Shown here: one piece after another, positions 52,801 through 64,000 of the stretch | Layout: each line of letters opens with the position of its first letter | Numbering within the stretch: position 1 is the first letter of the stretch | From: Haliotis rubra | Taxonomy: Eukaryota | Direction: 5' to 3' | Length of the DNA: 64,000 bases | Assembly (NCBI RefSeq): GCF_003918875.1 | Contig: NW_025765048.1 | Location: 558,001-622,000 of the forward strand | The notes under the pieces: generated by a model | What the model was told of the DNA's origin: nothing | What the model saw: the letters and a program-made list of their open reading frames with translations, nothing else | Database searches by the model: none | Made by a program: the position numbers and the translations under genes

Positions 52801-54240
52801 AAAACTTGACCCTGCCTTTGATTTCATCATCAAAATTTTCCACTCTGCTTATTCACACTTTAATAAGCTGAACCTTCTTCTCACCAATACTAAGTTCGCT
52901 CATTTTCAAGACTAAATTTCCAAACAAACAGAAATTGTTTGAAGGCCCTACTCTGCTATTACTGGCTGACAACACACAAGCTTTTAACTCCCTGCCAGAA
53001 CTTTCCATCACCTGTAATTCAGCTACTGAATATTTTCATTAATGATGTAATAAAAAGGCTAAACTCATAATGGAAAATACTTGGTTTCAAATGAAAACTC
53101 TTATAAAGACCAGATACGGATTTGTCCCGAAGACTGAATTGAATTTTTTTTAGCAAGTAATGAAACACTTGTAAATGTTTTAAATCCGTGCAATGTCGGT
53201 ACAACTTCAAAATCTTTACAATAAAATTTTACTCAAAGGCTGAGAAGCATTATTGCCGTGAGAGAAAAAATCATTATCTAATTCATTCGTTCTTTTAAAT
53301 ACCAGGTTAAGAGGTGAACAAGAATGCTAGTGGATAAAACACATTACAGAGACTTTACTGGTTGTTTCAAAGACGTAGCTCTTACTGTATTCAACATCGA
53401 GTTTGCATAACACCAAATTAAGGCTTCATAAATACACTATTTCGCTTTGAAAGAGGGAGATTTCTTCACAGTCTCCTAGTCAAAACTATGAGCAAACAGT
53501 GGATAGGAGTCAGACAATGGCATATCTAAGTAGCAAGGACCAATGTGTGACCACGAGCAAGTTCACGGAGTGCAGACCTTTCACAGCCCCACACTGATTG
53601 TCCCCCAACCGTTCCGTATTGCGACGACCCTCACGCGTAGAATACATTTAACCTGAGTTTCTATATCACAACTGAAGGTGCCCAAACATTTATTCAGTGC
53701 AGGAGAAATCCCTACGACAGTTAAGACAACCTTATAGTCTTTTATCACAATGAGAGAGGGGTCTACAATCTTAACGATGTAACTCCAGCCCAGGAGTTCG
53801 TGGTTTCTAAGGCGACACAAAATTGCTTGAACCACACACAGGACAGTAAGGCAGGGGCTATTACCATTGTTCAATTCATACCAGTCACCCGCCAAAACAT
53901 TCACACACGATGAATGCTGATGTTCCCTTGTTGTGTAGAACTTATCAAAAAGGAACTTTTATCCTTCTCAGACGTAATTTCTCCAGACTCGGACACCGAT
54001 CTCACGAAAAAACAACAACCTTGAATGATGCCTGAAATAATGACATATTTATGTCAGTGTCTGGCATTGGTCTGTTATTTTCGGTGATCAAATAATTTCT
54101 GTTTTAGAAGATTCACTTTGAACTTTTTAAACAGACATTTTCTTTTGTGAATTTATTAAAGTCTAATTAAATACTTCACAAATGATTTGTCTAACCAAGT
54201 AATTATTCTGTTTAAGTTTCCATAAACCTCCCCCAAAATT

Positions 54241-54340
54241 AGGCCACACCCACTAATGGAAAACTATTTCCTGATTGGCTCAGAATAGAATAAACAGGCA
54301 TGTGTTGAATTATTGGCCTATTGTCTCTGTTTTCTATTGG
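54241..54340 (-). promoter_or_regulatory. Promoter-like cluster: three CCAAT boxes plus a CACCC (KLF/Sp) box
   Basis: GGCCACACCC at 54242; ATTGG at 54274, 54312 and 54336 (the first is CTGATTGGCT). Adjacent to a CpG-richer stretch at ~53550-54010. Confidence 0.3.
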
Positions 54341-55886
54341 TGTCTACAGCGTTGGTGTGTTACGATTAAATAGGCAGCAAGTGATCTTGATGACATATTT
54401 ATTGATATGAAATGACTTTAATATGTTTTTGGATTTATGGAAGTAAACAACGGTGTGCCTAATCTGCATACATACAGATTTACACAGTACCTGCACTGGT
54501 TTTAATACCTAACACAATACAATAAATACAATAAAAGTCTTTATATATTTACATAATGAAAACACACTGCTAAATCAGACAGACTAAAATATTTAATGTT
54601 GAAAATATGAATAATGATCACTGTCTTTTCAGAAAACAGCAGTATGTGCAACTTTCCCCAAACATCCACTGGGCTGAGAGAAGACACCGACATTGTCAGC
54701 AGTGTAACAACAGGTGACAGGTATTACCAGTAACCACTACAAACTCTTGCCCAAACTCGGGAGCAAATGCAGAGCTAAGCCTCCACACTTGTGGTCAAAG
54801 AGCAGACAACTCTATCCTAAACAACAGCAGTTTCCTCCCTTTTGAAAACGATAGCACACTCACAGTACTTATATTTTTTATTAACACACCAAATACACAG
54901 TATTTAAACAAATTTAACTTCATTGAACTTATTTTATCAGAGATAATCTCACAATTCTCATAAATAATTTGTAAAACTGTAAAATTTGCAAATGTTGCTT
55001 GTTACAACCAGATGTTTGAGTTTTTGGTTATTTGGAAAACTGAACTAAATTACAAATCCAGTGATTATCTTTTTGTATCTGTGATATTTGCCAGGTGTTG
55101 TACTTCCTCTGGATTAGGCTTGGCATTTATAGGTAAGAGTGTAGGTAAAAGGCTGAGAAGGTTTATAAAACACATGTGCGTTCACTTGTTGGCTCAAGCA
55201 ACAACATCCATATGGTTCAATCTCACACGTTAGACAAGATGGCCAGGATGAGGAACTACAGAAGATTGTGAGATTTCCCGCTAACATTTTGGAAAGGTTG
55301 CCCGGGAGTTTGGAATGCAATAATAGCAGGCGGAAATTAAAAGGGCACTCGTAACCATATCAGTCTTCAATTACTAAGAAAATATCTTAAATGGTTATCT
55401 AATATGTGCTACATCGTGATGGAGGATTTTCATCTTTAACTTCTGATTAGCGAAGCCGGGATTTCAAATTTGTTTAAAACATATCCGCTGGTGTTAATCT
55501 CCACTGTTTACTTTGCTACTGGAATCATGATGGCAGAACTTCAGATAAATTTCTATCTGATTCAAGATATTGATGTGATTGAAAATCCTGTTTCTGAACA
55601 CATGGATAAAGATGAGATCAAATGCGAATTTTTTAATATTTACATATAAGCAAATCATTTGAGCAAATGAAATGTGGTCTAATGTCCCTTATGACAAAGT
55701 CATACTGCTCATTTTGCCATAAATGTTCCAAAAGTCTGTGACATTTACTTACAATGTCCTTCAACATCACTTCAAGGGCATAACACAATCATTCAGATAA
55801 TAGGTCACAGTATCAACTAAACAATCAGTTACTGACTTATGGAATATGACTTATATATACTTATCTACATAATAATTATATGCAGA

Positions 55887-55887
<1 letters not shown>

Positions 55888-55954
<67 letters not shown>
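55888..55954. repeat. (CA)~33 microsatellite
   Basis: Perfect dinucleotide run. Confidence 0.99.
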
Positions 55955-55955
<1 letters not shown>

Positions 55956-57951
55956 AATACATTGATGTCTCCATCAGTGGCCAGAATTATAACAAAATAA
56001 TATTATATAATAAATTCTAGTGTTTTGATGTTTGATCGGCCATCATCACTATCTGCTTCTCTGATATTACTTCCTGCAGTGACTACTTTGACCAGTGACA
56101 TTCAAGAACAATAACTCCCCAGGAAAACTCGGTAATGATCGACTAAAGACTGTTGTCAGAGATTTAACGAGTGGAACATGGTTTTGCACTTGCAGCACCC
56201 CTTCATACAAGATGAAAACAGATGGAATAAATATGTCTTAAAAGAGGCATAAAAGAGATCAGTTGTGATTATTTGCAACTTGACATTGTATCTTTTTATT
56301 CAGTCAGTTTGAAAGTTCCACTGTCACAGTTTCCAGGGCCAAGTGCAAATACATTCATATGTCCCTCCCCCCCTACCAAACAGAATTCCATAAACCAATT
56401 AAAAACATCTATGCAAACTTATTTCACAAAAAAGGAAGAAATCATTCTCTCCTGCCAAACTGATTTTGGGGTGAAAAATCTGTAAACCAAATGAGGAAGG
56501 CTTAAACAGAGTACAAACAAAATCAACAAAGAGCATAGTAATCAAATTACAGTATTTTTAGCATAAACCGTCTCATTTGGTGCAGCAGATAATGACTTTC
56601 CTGAAACATTACTTGTCCCATTCCAAATGTCACAACAAATTAAATTAAATTACATTAAATTATCTAACAAAATGAAATAACATTTCAGTGTCAACATAAT
56701 GCATAACAGATGGACTATGGTAGGACTAAGCAAGACAAAATATTTTACTTTCTCACGGCCTATCTCTAACATGCCATTTATCCAGCGAGGCCTGTTCCTA
56801 GTGCGATGTCATTACTTGCTGAAACCCAGAAAGCTTCCCTCCAGACAGAACCAGTGTTTCATTTCGGACAACGACAGGTTTATCGTCAATCACCATCAGC
56901 AAACTTGAAACGAGTGATGTAAAATGAATTAAATTCCTAAATTCACATGATTAAATTCACAAATGACAGAGTAATTCCTGATAAAAATCCAATTTTATAA
57001 ATTTCCAACTGGCAGATGAATTGAGGTTGGTAATATTTTTAGCAACATGGCAAGCGCTCGCATCTCTCAAAGTCAGTCCTTGTGATAAACAGATGTACAC
57101 CGAGCTCCCTCCCCACAATTAATCCTTTCACAATGAATGCTGGAGCTTTTACACCCAAACATGGAACATTCCCAAACAGAAAGCAAATACATTTATGTCA
57201 GTTTCATTTCAAACTCCAGCTTTTCACTGTATAAGCGGCAATGGAAAATTGCTGAACAATTCCTGCCCCAGCCATTATACCAGATACCACAATACTGCTT
57301 ATCAAAGAGTACATCACCTGGTTATAATCCCTAACTTAATACATCTTTTGTATAGAGTGACAACATCTTAGCCTTACTTATAGCCAGAAGATATATACCC
57401 ACAATGATATATAGCGGTTGTTTTGAGAGCTAACCTTCTGATGAGACATAAAATCACTAACATATCTCCTTATCAGGCTAATCAGAGTTGCCTCCCTTAA
57501 CTGATAGCTTGCCCTGGGTCTCGGTGACTCCTGCTGATCTCTGTGAACAAAGCTGCTGTGTAAAAGTCACCCATTTCAGTTCAAAAATCCAATTGAAGAA
57601 ATGTCATAATGTAAGTATCATAAAGTACAGATAATATTTCCAAAAGGACTGACCAAATTATGAGAGTACTGACAATTTGAAACAGATGTTCTAAATTATG
57701 AGATATGAAAAGGTTAAAAGAAGCATAGCCACATAAATTTTAATAATTTTTTGGAAATAACAACATCAAACTGTCTCCCTAAACAAGTTTACAATGTAAA
57801 ATGACATTAATGCTCTTAATATGAAATGTCACATATATGCTGTGTTGAAATGAAATGAAATATGAAATCTCAGCCAAAAAGAAACAAAATGGAATTAGGT
57901 TGTTATTTTATAGGAAAAGATAGAAACTTCATTTGAAGTTTGTAAACTTCT

Positions 57952-58101
57952 NNNNNNNNNNNNNNNNNNNNNNNNNNNNNNNNNNNNNNNNNNNNNNNNN
58001 NNNNNNNNNNNNNNNNNNNNNNNNNNNNNNNNNNNNNNNNNNNNNNNNNNNNNNNNNNNNNNNNNNNNNNNNNNNNNNNNNNNNNNNNNNNNNNNNNNNN
58101 N
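57952..58101. other. Assembly gap (150 N)
   Basis: Run of N, abutting a (GT)/(GA) simple-repeat region. Confidence 1.
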
Positions 58102-58934
58102 AGTGTGTGAGAGAGTGTCTCTCACTTTCTCCATGTGTCTGTGTGTGAAAGAGACAGAAAGAGAGAGAGAGAGAGTGTGTGTGTTTGTCATTATGACTGC
58201 CATGCATCTTGTCTTCATCCGAACCCTTCAACAATAATTTATTTGATCTTATCAAATCTTACCTTAAATAATACATACAAAGGGGCACATTGTCACAGTC
58301 AACATGCATACCACATTCCTTTTGCACCAGGTACATTTTTCAATCAATTTGGACATGATCTGAACATGAAACTTGAATGACAAATTCTTTATTGTCTGTA
58401 ATGAAGTTTCAGAGCTACCTCTTGCGCCTTCATCGGGTGAATACAGAGCAAGCAGGTTCAGCTGATATCTATACATGCCATAGAATGACAATTCAGAAAT
58501 TGATGTTGTTCTCAAAGTTTACTGCGCATGTAGAATCCACCCAGTATATCTCATTTGTAATGTTATCTTCATATAATCACTTCCCAAAATTCCTGACAAG
58601 ACTCTGCCTTTCCACGTCTGAAGAACAAAAGTGGCACCAGTGTTAATGAGGAGTTGCTCAACTGTTCCAACATGTAGAGCTACATCTCATCATAAACTAG
58701 ATATCCACAATCTTGAAATTCCTGCAATCTGGGGTAAATGATGTTGATATGTGGGATACGAAAACTAGCAGTTGGGCTAATTATGCTCACTGCAATATCT
58801 GTCAAAGTAGGCACATCACTGCAGGAGGCTGTGGGATATCATTAGTGACTCGATTTTACTTACATGGACGCACCTGGGGGATTAGTTTGGGTTCAGTCAT
58901 GTCACGGCAGAATAACATGAGACACTGCTAGACT

Positions 58935-59168
58935 GAGTGAGTGAGTGAGTGAGTGAGTGAGAATGCCACAGTAAGCAATAATCTAGCTACAAGATGGCAG
59001 TCTGGACCATACAATCCAATGATTGATATCATGAGCAGCCATCTGTGGAGTTAGATATGAGGCCATGCATCAACCAGGTCAGTGGGTCTCACCATCCAAT
59101 GCTGTTAGCATCCTTTTATGACAAGCATGGGTTGCTGAAGTCCAATTCTAACCCGGATCTTCATGGGA
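58935..59168 (-). mobile_element. Second SINE-like family member (longer body, same (ACTC)n tail), head incomplete
   Basis: (GAGT)n tail at 58935-58961. The minus-strand 5' end CCCATGAAGATCCGGGTTAGAATTGG...CCCATGCTTGTCATAAAAGG has a B-box-like remnant. Resembles recalled mollusc SINE bodies. Confidence 0.55.
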
Positions 59169-59850
59169 ACCAAACGTAGGCTGCTGGAGACCAATGCTAA
59201 CCCGGATCTTCATGGGAACAGAACGTAGGCTGCTGGAGACCAATGCTAACCCAGATCTTCATGGGAACAGAACGTAGGCTGCTGGAGACCAATGCTAACA
59301 CAGATCTTCATGAGAACCAAACGTAGGCTGCTGGAGACCAATGCTAACCCGGATCTTCATGAGAACCAAACGTAGGTTGCTGGAGACCAATGCTAACCTG
59401 GATCTTCATGAGAACCAAACGTAGGCTGCTGGAGACCAATGCTAACCCGGATCTTCATGAGAACCAAACGTAGGTTGCTGGAGACCAATGCTAACCCGGA
59501 TCTTCATGGGAACAGAGCGTAGGCTGCTGGAGACCAATGCTAACCCAGATCTTCATGAGAACCAAACGTAGGCTGCTGGAGACCAATGCTAACCCAGATC
59601 TTCATGAGAACCAAACGTAGGTTGCTTGAGACCAATGCAAACCCGAATCTTCACAGGAACCAATTGCAGGCTGCTGAAGACCATTACTAACCCAGATCTT
59701 CATGGGAACCAAGCGTAGGCTGCTGGAGACCAATGCTATCCTGGATCTTCATGAGAAAAACAAGGCTGCTGAAGACCAATTCTAACCCAGATCTTCCTGG
59801 GAAACAAGAATGAGTTGATGAAGACCAATGCTAGCCCAGATCTCCATGGG
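59130..59850. repeat. 49-bp minisatellite x15 derived from the end of the adjacent SINE-like element
   Basis: GGCTGCTGGAGACCAATGCTAACCCRGATCTTCATGRGAACCAAACGTA at 59130, 59179, 59228 ... 59718, followed by two degenerate units. Confidence 0.93.
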
Positions 59851-61211
59851 GCATGTGAGAGAGTGAAGTCATTGCCAGCACAAAGAGTGAGTGGAAGTAA
59901 AGGAGTGAGAGAGTGAATGGAGGTTTAACGTTGAGGAGCGACTCTCACACAGAGCATGTACAGTGAGCCAGCCGGGCTGTTGAGAGAAGCTGCATGTCAG
60001 GGGCCCACTAGGCTGGGTGACAGAGAGGGATCTAGAAGATTTCATATGAAGCATACTTTATATTTTAATGCTGTAATTACCTCTTTTAGCTATACATATT
60101 GCTTCCCCATAAAAATAAAAAGTACAAATTTTAAGCATTATTACACAATTCAATGTTCAAAATATGTACACCTTCACAAATGTGAAAGATTGAAAACCAG
60201 TGGAGCATGAACCAGACCCTTTGCCATAAGGAGCCTGGACCTTTAACAATTGTTATGAGTTTTACATAGCCAAGGTTCAAGTATTGAGCTCATTTAGTTC
60301 TCAAACAAGGCAGCTGTCATTGTTCCTTCAGAAAATTTCTTTTCACGATTGGTGTTGTTCCAATATTTGCAAACATTTCAATGGACATGGCTTGTACGTA
60401 CAAAATATTAATTTTCATCGTCAAGAAGTTTTGAAGAAAGGGCTTTTCATTTCCAAGCTGAAAAAGCATATTCTACCATGCCATAATGTTTATGAACAAG
60501 TAATAAAAGTCCCACGTTCAGAAGCGGGATTATACGGCGACACAAACCTCATGGAGAATTAATCATGAGGCAGACATGCATCACTAAAGAAACATATTTA
60601 ATGTGGCTTGTTGCTAGCAGGTTTTTGTCAAATTTTCAACTCAAGGCATTGAAAGTTATTACAAGGATTAAGAAATAAATGAGAGAAAAGTTCAGGCTAT
60701 TATATAATGGGGAACACCCCCTCTTGAGATAGGATCGCAGAGACTTTAACTTCCAATTAAAGAGCCTATAAGAAGTATCTTGTAGAACTATGACAGAGGA
60801 CTAACGTGAACTCTCATAATGATTATGGCTGTTTACGAATCATTCTTGTGGATGTAAATCTTACGAAAATAACATAGCTGAAATTCATGTTGAAATATTT
60901 TTAGATAAGCTTGCACATTCAAAACATAGTATAATATACAGGAATATACTATCGACACTACTTTGTCAAGCAGTCAGCTATCTTTAGAGTACATATTGAA
61001 CTTCCTGCTGAGTGAGTCAATGAGTGAGTGATATTAGGTGACCTCACTACAACACTGCTGAAGCCAGTGTGACAGTTAAAGTGCTGACAGACAAGGTATA
61101 TACTTGAGTTATGAGTCTGGAATTTGAAATCATCTGGCTCCAGGCATTGCTAAGGGAGGCAACTCTGTACAGTGATTAGACCACTGCAGCCAGTGCCGAT
61201 ATGAGGTTTAG

Positions 61212-61381
61212 GGCCCCGTTCCTCAAAGAGAGGTTATCGTAACTCCCATACTTTAACATAGACTTAAGACAGTCATAGCGCTACGATCGCTTAGAGGAAC
61301 TATGATCGCTTAGAGGAACTATGATCGCTTAGAGGAACTATGATCGCTTAGAGGAACTATGATCGCTAGAGGAACGGGACC
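61212..61381. mobile_element. MITE (PIF/Harbinger-Tourist-like) with internal 19-bp tandem amplification
   Basis: 13-bp TIRs GGCCCCGTTCCTC (61212-61224) and GAGGAACGGGACC (61369-61381), one mismatch. 3-bp TSD TAG on both sides. CTATGATCGCTTAGAGGAA x5 at 61281-61374. Confidence 0.65.
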
Positions 61382-61702
61382 TAGATCAGTTACAACAGCC
61401 TCCCAGTTCCTGGTAGGAATGCATCACATCAATCAACAGGTGAAAGTTGCACTCATAGGTTACCGGCAACAATATTTTCCTATCCTGAGAAATAATACAC
61501 AGAGCAGACCTGTGTCACGCTGACACCATGCTGGCTTCTCAAATGCACATCTTATGTAACAACTCATCTGAAAGCCATTCATCATTGAAATTAATTATTT
61601 AGTTTTACATGTGCATACTGTAAGTATCTGTAAATGTTTACAAAGAAAAGTTTCATTGCATAATGTAAATGTTTTACATAACAAACACACCTGCACGTTT
61701 CC

Positions 61703-62046
61703 ATACCTGTATACATACCTGAATACCTGTACCTACATGCCTGAATACCTGTACCTACATGCCTGAATACCTGTACCTACATACCTGAATACCTGTACCT
61801 ACATACCTGTACCTACATACCTGAATACCTGTACATACATACCTGAATACCTGTACCTACATACCTGAATACCTGTACCTACATACCTGAATACCTGTAC
61901 ATACATACCTGAATACCTGTACATACATACCTGAATACCTGTACCTACATACCTGAATACCTGTACCTACATACCTGAATACCTGTACATACATACCTGA
62001 ATACCTGTACATACATACCTGAATACCTGTACCTACATACCTGTAC
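61703..62046. repeat. 22-bp minisatellite (ACATACCTGAATACCTGTACCT), ~15 units
   Basis: Period 22, built from ATACCTG subunits. Confidence 0.93.
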
Positions 62047-62085
62047 ATTCATAGCTACAGACCTCTACACAGTATAGAAAAAAGA

Positions 62086-62178
62086 TGAGTGAGTGAGTGA
62101 GTGAGTATGGTTATAAGGCACATTTAGCAATATTCCAGCAATATCACAGCGGGGTACCCCAGAAATGGACTTCACACA
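62086..62178 (-). mobile_element. 5'-truncated SINE (3' half only)
   Basis: (GAGT)n tail plus tttagcaatattccagcaatatca...ccagaaatggacttcacaca. No A or B box. Confidence 0.75.
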
Positions 62179-64000
62179 GTTAAACAGATGACAATTTGTA
62201 GGAATATCATGTGCATACTGCAAGTATCTGTAAATGTTTACAAAGTTATATTTAAGAAAATATTCATTGCATGATGTAAATGTTTTACATAACAAACACA
62301 CTACTTAAACAAGCACTACTGTCATGTCTGTAAACTATGATTTGTTAACCTGGACATTTGTGAACTCTGCCAATTTCAAAAGGGAAAGGTACTACCTGGA
62401 TTGTTGGTGTAGACTATTCCCCATAAGTCAAAAGCACAAATATAAAATAATAGTCAAGGCACAGTCAGCACATGGCTGAAGCAGTAACAGGATGCTACTT
62501 TACCCCCTTAACAACAGTGAGTGAGTGAGTGAGTCAGTCAGTCAGTCAGATGGTCATCATGACCTGTAGAAGTGGAACAGTGCTCACACTATAGACCTCT
62601 GGTTTCTGTGGACCAGGCTTGATCTGTTCAGAGCCCACAGTAATCAAACCCTTACAATGTTGGCTTCATAGTATAAAAAAAAAATCCACTGATCATTAAA
62701 ACGTCATCCTAAATCATCTACTGGATATTTCATCAATAGAATTGGAAAATTAGATAAAATCGGATACCATCCATTTTCTACAACGTTCAATGATTGCAGA
62801 GAACTGCATTCTTTAATATTTGGTACTGCAGGTCAACACGTCCATGTCTCTGGCTTAGAAAAGAGGACAACTTGTCTTGAATATTAAAAATATATCACAA
62901 CGCCAACTTGGAAACTTAACATTAGTACATTTGGTTGTTATCATGCCCCCAAACACTGAGCGCCTCTCTGCACTTGTGAACATGTTGAGAAACTCTGCCA
63001 TAAATCACACATATCAATGTATTCTGTAATATCTCCTGAAAGATTGGTATGCTGTTCAGCCCAAGCTTCAAATAACAACACCATCACATTTAAAAGCAAT
63101 GTGGTATTTATGAGGCTGGATATGTTCGTCATATCATAATTATCTAGTAAAAACAACATACAGTTTGCCTTGGCCATAATGAGCAGATTTAATGAAAAGC
63201 CAGCTGCTGTGTAAATGTGTTTGAGGCAGTCCACATGACGTTTGGTAGGTGCTCACAGATACTGAGATGGAATGTTCATGATTCTAAGAGATCACTGTAC
63301 TTGGGTCGTAGTGTTCATATATTCCTGGCTCGGCTGAAAGAGCCAACTCATCTCATAATGGTTCTGAAATCAAGGCCACATGTTTTACATATTGTTGAAT
63401 ACCCAATATTTTTCATCATGAAGAAAGGTGTATTTTTTAAATTAGAAAATCCTCTTGATTGGATAATTCTTAATAAAACAAAGACAAAAGAATGAATTAT
63501 AGACAATGGGTACGCCAGTGGTTTAGTGCCTACTTTTTTGGTGGATGGAAGCCAAACATTACAGGATCTGTGTATGAAATCCATGATGTATTTCACTGAC
63601 CATGTCTGCTTCTCGAAGATGGTTGAAACAGATGAACATGAATATTTAACATGTCAAAACATCATTAGCTGAATTTTGTGATTGCTACTCACATAATCAG
63701 TTGTTTAATTATCAGCAATATTCCAGCAATATCACGGCAGTGCTACTCTCACTGAACTCATACACAGTTTCAAACCTCACTCTGATTTGTGTGAGTGAGT
63801 GAGCATTTGAGTTGTCATGTGGGAAGTACATCATATATCATGGCATATTTCAAAAACACAGAATGACAAATCAAAGTGACACATGTCTCAGAGGTTTACT
63901 TTGTTAGTGAAATCTGTGAGCCACAGTATGGTACAGATAAACGTTAAAACAATTTGGTGAACCAAATTTGGAACACTAAGTGAGACTTTTGAATAGGCAA

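Noticed and set aside
42595-57460. CTGATGA cores (e.g. ~42603 on minus, ~57438 on plus) as hammerhead ribozymes or retrozymes
   Set aside because: No stem II followed by GAAA, and no closing helices.
57895-58255. ORFs spanning X runs
   Set aside because: Artefacts of the N gap.

Overview
AT-rich animal genomic DNA, not prokaryotic. The repeat content suggests a mollusc, possibly a gastropod such as abalone (inference from recalled SINE and HINE types). The window is dominated by one large minus-strand gene for a nuclear receptor of the NR1J group (HR96/DAF-12-like, sister to VDR/PXR/CAR). Three coding exons splice in phase: 18905-18692 (zinc finger 1, P-box ESCKA), 7606-7440 (zinc finger 2 plus CTE) and 5828-5018 (hinge plus the whole LBD). 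They give 390 aa from the ATG at 18886. A probable upstream coding exon, absent from the ORF track (35580-35471), would extend this to 433 aa. The rest is intronic or upstream DNA containing tRNA-derived SINEs, a Helentron-type non-autonomous element, a Harbinger-like MITE, about ten minisatellites, a (CA)n tract and a 150-N assembly gap. I cannot support a wholly new biological system. The best leads are unannotated isoform architecture (distal first exon, tandem in-frame donors, possible single-zinc-finger isoforms) and several clusters of nuclear-receptor response elements (perfect DR4, DR1, DR3/IR3, four-half-site cluster) that hint at autoregulation or cross-regulation. Most short ORFs in the track are spurious.
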